From assembly GCF_036507355.1 (NCBI RefSeq), contig NZ_AP027877.1: a DNA stretch of 64,000 nt; one strand, given 5' to 3'. Positions within the stretch are counted from its first letter, which is position 1, and every line of letters begins with the position of its first letter. The translations under genes and the position numbers were made by a program. The notes below the pieces were generated by a model. That model had not been told where the DNA came from and made no database searches. It saw nothing but the letters and a program-made list of their open reading frames with translations. This document shows, in pieces, positions 56,469 to 64,000 of this stretch. This DNA is from Escherichia coli (GTDB taxonomy: Bacteria > Pseudomonadota > Gammaproteobacteria > Enterobacterales > Enterobacteriaceae).

Positions 56469-57700
56469 GAGCAAGCTCCCTCTAAATAGTAATGAATCGC
56501 CTCGGCGGCTTCTTTCCCGGTTTTCACGGCATAGACCACGGTTTTGTCACCCTCAACAATATCGCCAGCAGCAAAGACTTGCGGATCGCGGGTCTGATAA
56601 TTTTGTGTTTTGATGGTGTTACGCTGCGGCTCTAACTCCGCAAAGGCATCCAGTCTGGCATGCTGACCGACGGCGAGAATAATTTTATCTGCCACCATCG
56701 TCAGTTCGCCCGATAACCGTACATGCTTAAACGTGACTTTATTGCCTTCCACGGCTACTGGCGTGAATCCATCGATGATCGAAACGCCCAGCTCCCGGGC
56801 GCTGGCAAACTCTTTTTCGCTTGCCGGAAACTCATCTAACTCTTCACGCGCTACGCAAGTTACCGCCTGACAGCCGAGAACTTTCAGCGTGCTGGCTACG
56901 TCCATCGCGACATCACCGCCGCCGATAATTAATGCGCTTTGTGGAATGCTGATATCGCCTTGCACCTGTCGTGCACGTTGCAGGAAGTCCACGGCAATCT
57001 CAACGTCGCTATGCTCAAACAGCGGTAGCCCGGAACCGCTTGATAACCCCACGGTGACCAGTACCGCGCGGTTTTCCGCTTTCAGTTGCTCCAGGGTTAG
57101 TGTTTTACCGACTTCGTTGTTGCACTTAATGGTCACGCCCATTTTTTCAATACGGGCGATCTCTGCATCCAGTACTGATTGCGGTAACCGGAATTGCGGA
57201 ATGCCGTTACGCAACCAGCCACCGGGTTGTGCTTCTTTCTCATAGATCGTGACGTCATAACCCTGGTTTGTCAGTGTCACACTGGCCTGCAATCCGGCAG
57301 GACCTGCGCCAATAATCGCGACTTTGCCGAGCGTTTTAGTACCGGGCTGATAAATTTCCATCCCGGTTTGTTGTTCAAAATCAGTAACAAAACGCTGTAA
57401 GCGGCCGATATCAATGGGAGCATCAACACCGGCACGGGTACAACCGCTTTGGCATAATTTCTCCGTCGGGCACACTCTGGCACAAACGGCACCGAGGGCA
57501 TTATTTTCGCGAATTGTCTCGGCAGCGCCTTTAAAATTACGAAAGTAGATTGAGCGAATAAATTTCCCCGGATCGGTCTGTGCCGGGCAAGCCTGACTAC
57601 AGGGAGCGTCGTGACATAATAAACAGCGAGAGGCTTCTTTAATCGCCAGTAACGGCGTAAAAGCCGGAGTGAGTTCATCCAGATAATTTTGTTGCGGCAT
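56462..57700 (-). CDS. preT: Dihydropyrimidine dehydrogenase subunit PreT (FAD/NAD oxidoreductase, GltD-like)
   Basis: Start placed at [14 protein letters not shown]; Cys cluster plus GAGPAG dinucleotide-binding motif; 7-bp overlap with preA. Confidence 0.85.
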   Translation of the reverse strand: MPQQNYLDELTPAFTPLLAIKEASRCLLCHDAPCSQACPAQTDPGKFIRSIYFRNFKGAAETIRENNALGAVCARVCPTEKLCQSGCTRAGVDAPIDIGRLQRFVTDFEQQTGMEIYQPGTKTLGKVAIIGAGPAGLQASVTLTNQGYDVTIYEKEAQPGGWLRNGIPQFRLPQSVLDAEIARIEKMGVTIKCNNEVGKTLTLEQLKAENRAVLVTVGLSSGSGLPLFEHSDVEIAVDFLQRARQVQGDISIPQSALIIGGGDVAMDVASTLKVLGCQAVTCVAREELDEFPASEKEFASARELGVSIIDGFTPVAVEGNKVTFKHVRLSGELTMVADKIILAVGQHARLDAFAELEPQRNTIKTQNYQTRDPQVFAAGDIVEGDKTVVYAVKTGKEAAEAIHYYLEGACSC

Positions 57701-58017
57701 GTGATCTTCCTTAATGCTATGAGTAATTAAGGCGAACGCTAATATACTCGTCATACTTCAAGTTGCATGTGCTGCGTCTGCGTTCGCTCACCCCAGTCAC
57801 TTACTTATGTAAGCTCCTGGGGACTCACTCACTTGTCGCCTTCCTGCAACTCGAATTATTTAGAGTATAAATATTGCGTGCTGATATTAAGGCTATGCGC
57901 GTGGGGAAATTTAAACTGTGAAAGGATTCACAAATAGCTGCGGTTCAGAATGTTATATCCGCAGCTTATTGAGTGAAGTAATAATTATTCTCAATAATTA
58001 ACAGAAAAGAGAAAATA

Positions 58018-60013
<1,996 letters not shown>

Positions 60014-60142
60014 GGCGTTGCCTCATAATCATGTAATGGGATAACAGTTTACGAACCCGTTATGGCTTTATATGTGATCTGAATCTCATTAATTATGCAA
60101 CGCGTGAAACTTACATCAAAAATGCGCGACGCATCGCAAATT

Positions 60143-61269
<1,127 letters not shown>

Positions 61270-61363
61270 TTAATTCGTAAAACGTGCTACCGATCACATT
61301 AAGAATTCTCAGCATAGTTGAATTTTAGGGAGGTAACCTCGGGCGAGCGCCCCGTTCAGCACA

Positions 61364-62272
61364 CTAATTCTGCTGTAAAAAGTGCAGAAACTGACTTAAA
61401 GCATAAGAAGGCGTTTCGTTATTGCGCCAGAACACACCGACGCTACCTTTCTGTTCTATCTTTGGCAGGTTGAGTATCACCAGTTGTCCCTGGCTGGCAT
61501 AACGTTGCGCCAGGCGTAATGACAAAATAGAGATCATATCGCTGCTTTGTAACAGGTTGGTACTGACGTTCATCGACGCCGACTCAATCGTGTTTTCTGG
61601 CAGCATTACGCCGTGGTCTACCAGCGCATTATCAATACTAATGCGAATGGGGGTACCCGTCGGCCAGACGATCCAGCGCCAGTTGGCAAGATCATTCCAG
61701 CTGAGGGTGGCGTATTTCGCCAGTGGGTGCTCAGGGCGGGCGACAAAGCATACTGGCTCGGTGTACAGCACCTGATAATTCAGTGGCAGCTGCAATGCGC
61801 GACCGCCAATTCGCCCAACGACCACATCGACAGAACCTGCCAATAGATCTTGCAGCAATGGGGTCATCACCTTCTCTTCGATATTCAGGTGTAGAGTTGG
61901 CATCTTCGTAAGCAAATGCAAAATCGCCTGGGATACGCAGTCAGTGGCGACGGGAGAACAGCCAATTTTCAGACTGCCGACCAGTCCACCTTGTTTAAAA
62001 CGGGCCAGTTCATGTTGCGATCGCTCCATGTCATTGATTAACCGTTGGGCATGTTGCAATAACAATTTGCCGCCTTCAGTCGGACGTAATCCTTTGCTGT
62101 GCCGCTCAAAAAGTGTGATTCCAATCTCATCTTCGAGTTGTGACAACCATTTCGAAAGCGCAGGTTGGGTGATATTCATCATTCGTGCGACATGGGTTAG
62201 ATTGCCCTGTTCACCCAGCGCCACCAGCATTTCAAGGTGATGTAGTTTTAATTTTTGCGCCCAGTTCGCCAT
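61364..62272 (-). CDS. LysR-family transcriptional regulator (MhbR-like), divergent from the transporter; not recalled at this position in K-12
   Basis: N-terminal HTH LKLHHLEMLVALGEQGNLTHVARMMNITQPALSKWLSQLE; start placed at MANWAQ with a ggagg RBS 9 nt upstream. Confidence 0.7.
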   Translation of the reverse strand: MANWAQKLKLHHLEMLVALGEQGNLTHVARMMNITQPALSKWLSQLEDEIGITLFERHSKGLRPTEGGKLLLQHAQRLINDMERSQHELARFKQGGLVGSLKIGCSPVATDCVSQAILHLLTKMPTLHLNIEEKVMTPLLQDLLAGSVDVVVGRIGGRALQLPLNYQVLYTEPVCFVARPEHPLAKYATLSWNDLANWRWIVWPTGTPIRISIDNALVDHGVMLPENTIESASMNVSTNLLQSSDMISILSLRLAQRYASQGQLVILNLPKIEQKGSVGVFWRNNETPSYALSQFLHFLQQN

Positions 62273-62398
62273 TTGCCATAACCTCCAGGTTATCTCTCTG
62301 CCCGAAATGCCATTGTACATCTCATCTCTTTAATCACAATATCGCAACATATACAAAACAAAAGAAACATCTACCTTACCTGCACTGAGGCATTTACT

Positions 62399-63757
62399 AT
62401 GACTCAACGACGTGATTTACAAGCACTTATCGATGCTGCTCCGGTCGGCAAGATGCAGTGGCGCGTTATCATCTGCTGTTTTCTGGTGGTAATGCTCGAT
62501 GGTTTTGACACCGCGGCTATCGGATTTATCGCCCCTGATATTCGCACTCACTGGCAACTCACCGCAGGCGATCTCGCCCCGCTTTTTGGCGCGGGTCTGC
62601 TAGGATTAACCGCAGGCGCACTGCTTTGTGGCCCGTTGTCCGATCGCTTTGGTCGCAAGCGGGTGATTGAGCTGTGCGTCTTTTTGTTTGGCGCGTTAAG
62701 CCTCGCCTCGGCTTTCTCACCGGATCTGCAAACGCTGGTCTTCCTGCGCTTTCTCACCGGCCTGGGTCTGGGCGGCGCGATGCCGAACACCATCACCATG
62801 ACCTCGGAGTATCTGCCTGCCCGCCGCCGCGGCGCGCTGGTGACGCTGATGTTTTGCGGCTTTACGCTGGGTTCGGCGTTTGGCGGGATTGTCAGTGCGC
62901 AGCTGGTGCCGGTGATTGGCTGGCACGGCATTCTGGTGTTGGGGGGCGTGTTACCGCTGATGCTGTTTGTCGCACTGCTGGTAGTTCTGCCGGAATCGCC
63001 ACGCTGGCAGGTGCGCCGCCAGCTACCGCAGGCGGTGATTGCGAAAACCGTCAGCGCCATCACCCGCGAGCGTTATGTCGATACCCACTTTTATCTCATT
63101 GAATCAGCCTCCGTTACAAAAGGCAGCATTCGTCAACTGTTTATGGGACGTCAGTTACCCATCACGTTGATGCTGTGGGTAGTGTTCTTTATGAGCCTGC
63201 TGATTATTTACCTGCTCTCAAGCTGGATGCCGACGCTACTGAACCATCGCGGCATCGACCTGCAACACGCGTCCTGGGTCACCGCCGCGTTCCAGATTGG
63301 TGGTACGTTAGGCGCGCTGGCGCTGGGTGTGCTGATGGATAAGTTCAATCCTTTCCGCGTGCTGGCGCTGAGCTATGCCATAGGCGCTATATGCATCGTG
63401 ATGATTGGCTTAAGCCAGGATGGATTATGGTTGATGGCGCTGGCGATTTTCGGCACTGGCATTGGCATTAGCGGATCGCAGGTGGGGCTGAATGCGCTGA
63501 CCGCAACACTTTATCCAACACAAAGTCGCGCCACGGGCGTGAGCTGGTCAAATGCTATCGGCCGCTGCGGCGCGATTGTTGGTTCGCTGTCTGGCGGCGT
63601 GATGATGGCGATGAATTTCTCTTTCGACACCCTGTTTTTCATTATCGCTGTGCCTGCGGCGATCAGTGCGGTGATGTTAACCCTGCTGATTACCGTGGTT
63701 CGCCAGTCGACCTCTGTCCCTGACTCACTGCCTCGCGCAGGCGTTGTGAACGAATAA
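62399..63757 (+). CDS. MFS aromatic-acid:H+ symporter family transporter (3-hydroxybenzoate/gentisate transporter MhbT-like)
   Basis: 452-aa ORF with 12 TM segments and an MFS motif, resembling PcaK/BenK/MhbT; not recalled at this position in K-12. Confidence 0.65.
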   Translation: MTQRRDLQALIDAAPVGKMQWRVIICCFLVVMLDGFDTAAIGFIAPDIRTHWQLTAGDLAPLFGAGLLGLTAGALLCGPLSDRFGRKRVIELCVFLFGALSLASAFSPDLQTLVFLRFLTGLGLGGAMPNTITMTSEYLPARRRGALVTLMFCGFTLGSAFGGIVSAQLVPVIGWHGILVLGGVLPLMLFVALLVVLPESPRWQVRRQLPQAVIAKTVSAITRERYVDTHFYLIESASVTKGSIRQLFMGRQLPITLMLWVVFFMSLLIIYLLSSWMPTLLNHRGIDLQHASWVTAAFQIGGTLGALALGVLMDKFNPFRVLALSYAIGAICIVMIGLSQDGLWLMALAIFGTGIGISGSQVGLNALTATLYPTQSRATGVSWSNAIGRCGAIVGSLSGGVMMAMNFSFDTLFFIIAVPAAISAVMLTLLITVVRQSTSVPDSLPRAGVVNE

Positions 63758-63768
63758 GGAGCATCCCA

Positions 63769-64000
63769 ATGACTGATAACAATCAAAATAGCCGCGAGCA
63801 ATTTTATCAGCATATTTCCGGGCAAAACCTGACCCCGCTGTGGGAGTCACTGCACCATCTGGTGCCGAAAACGCCCAACGCTAACTGTGCGCCAGCGTAC
63901 TGGAATTATCAGGAGATCCGCCCGCTGCTACTGGAGAGCGGCGGCCTGATTGGTGCGAAAGAGGCCGTGCGCCGCGTGCTGGTGCTGGAAAACCCGGCGC
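63769..64000 (+). CDS. Putative gentisate 1,2-dioxygenase-like cupin; 5' part, continues beyond the window
   Basis: [31 protein letters not shown] begins 12 bp after the transporter stop; order and N-terminus resemble Klebsiella mhbD. Confidence 0.45.
   Translation, partial: MTDNNQNSREQFYQHISGQNLTPLWESLHHLVPKTPNANCAPAYWNYQEIRPLLLESGGLIGAKEAVRRVLVLENPA

Overview
This window is Escherichia coli chromosome with a K-12-like backbone, in reverse-complement orientation relative to the usual K-12 map. It runs from the 3' end of ccmH and narP, through yejO-proL-yejMLK-rplY-radD-rsuA-bcr-yejG-yejFEBA-rtn-mepS-lpxT-yeiRQ-efpL-yeiW-setB-fruBKA-psuKGT-yeiL-rihB-nupX-yeiI-nfo-yeiH-yeiE-lysP-cirA-yeiG-folE-yeiB-galS-mglBAC-preAT-yeiS-sanA-cdd-yohKJ, into a non-K-12 cluster. 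Almost every large ORF matches a known core gene, so most of the window is ordinary core genome. I see three strain-specific departures from MG1655. (1) An IS1 splits the autotransporter gene yejO at 1489..2256; removing it restores the 863-aa frame. (2) A second, identically translating IS1 in the opposite orientation splits the NupC-family transporter gene nupX at 36919..37686, with a 9-bp target duplication. (3) At the yohJ end (61364..64000) sit a LysR regulator, an aromatic-acid MFS transporter and the start of a gentisate-dioxygenase-like gene, where I recall dusC lying in K-12; the arrangement resembles the Klebsiella mhbR/mhbTD 3-hydroxybenzoate locus. Other points worth a second look: a 28-nt leader element conserved upstream of both paralogous nucleoside transporters psuT and nupX; direct-repeat and palindromic candidate operators upstream of psuK and yeiL; an AT-rich nucleoside-salvage island (psuKGT-yeiL-rihB-nupX-yeiI) that includes an uncharacterised HTH-kinase fusion; a Cys-rich small protein YeiW overlapping setB; and several REP/BIME clusters. 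I found no CRISPR array, rRNA gene, prophage or obvious defence system. Apart from the accessory cluster and the IS1 events, I found no evidence of a wholly new multi-gene system; such a system may still be present and missed.
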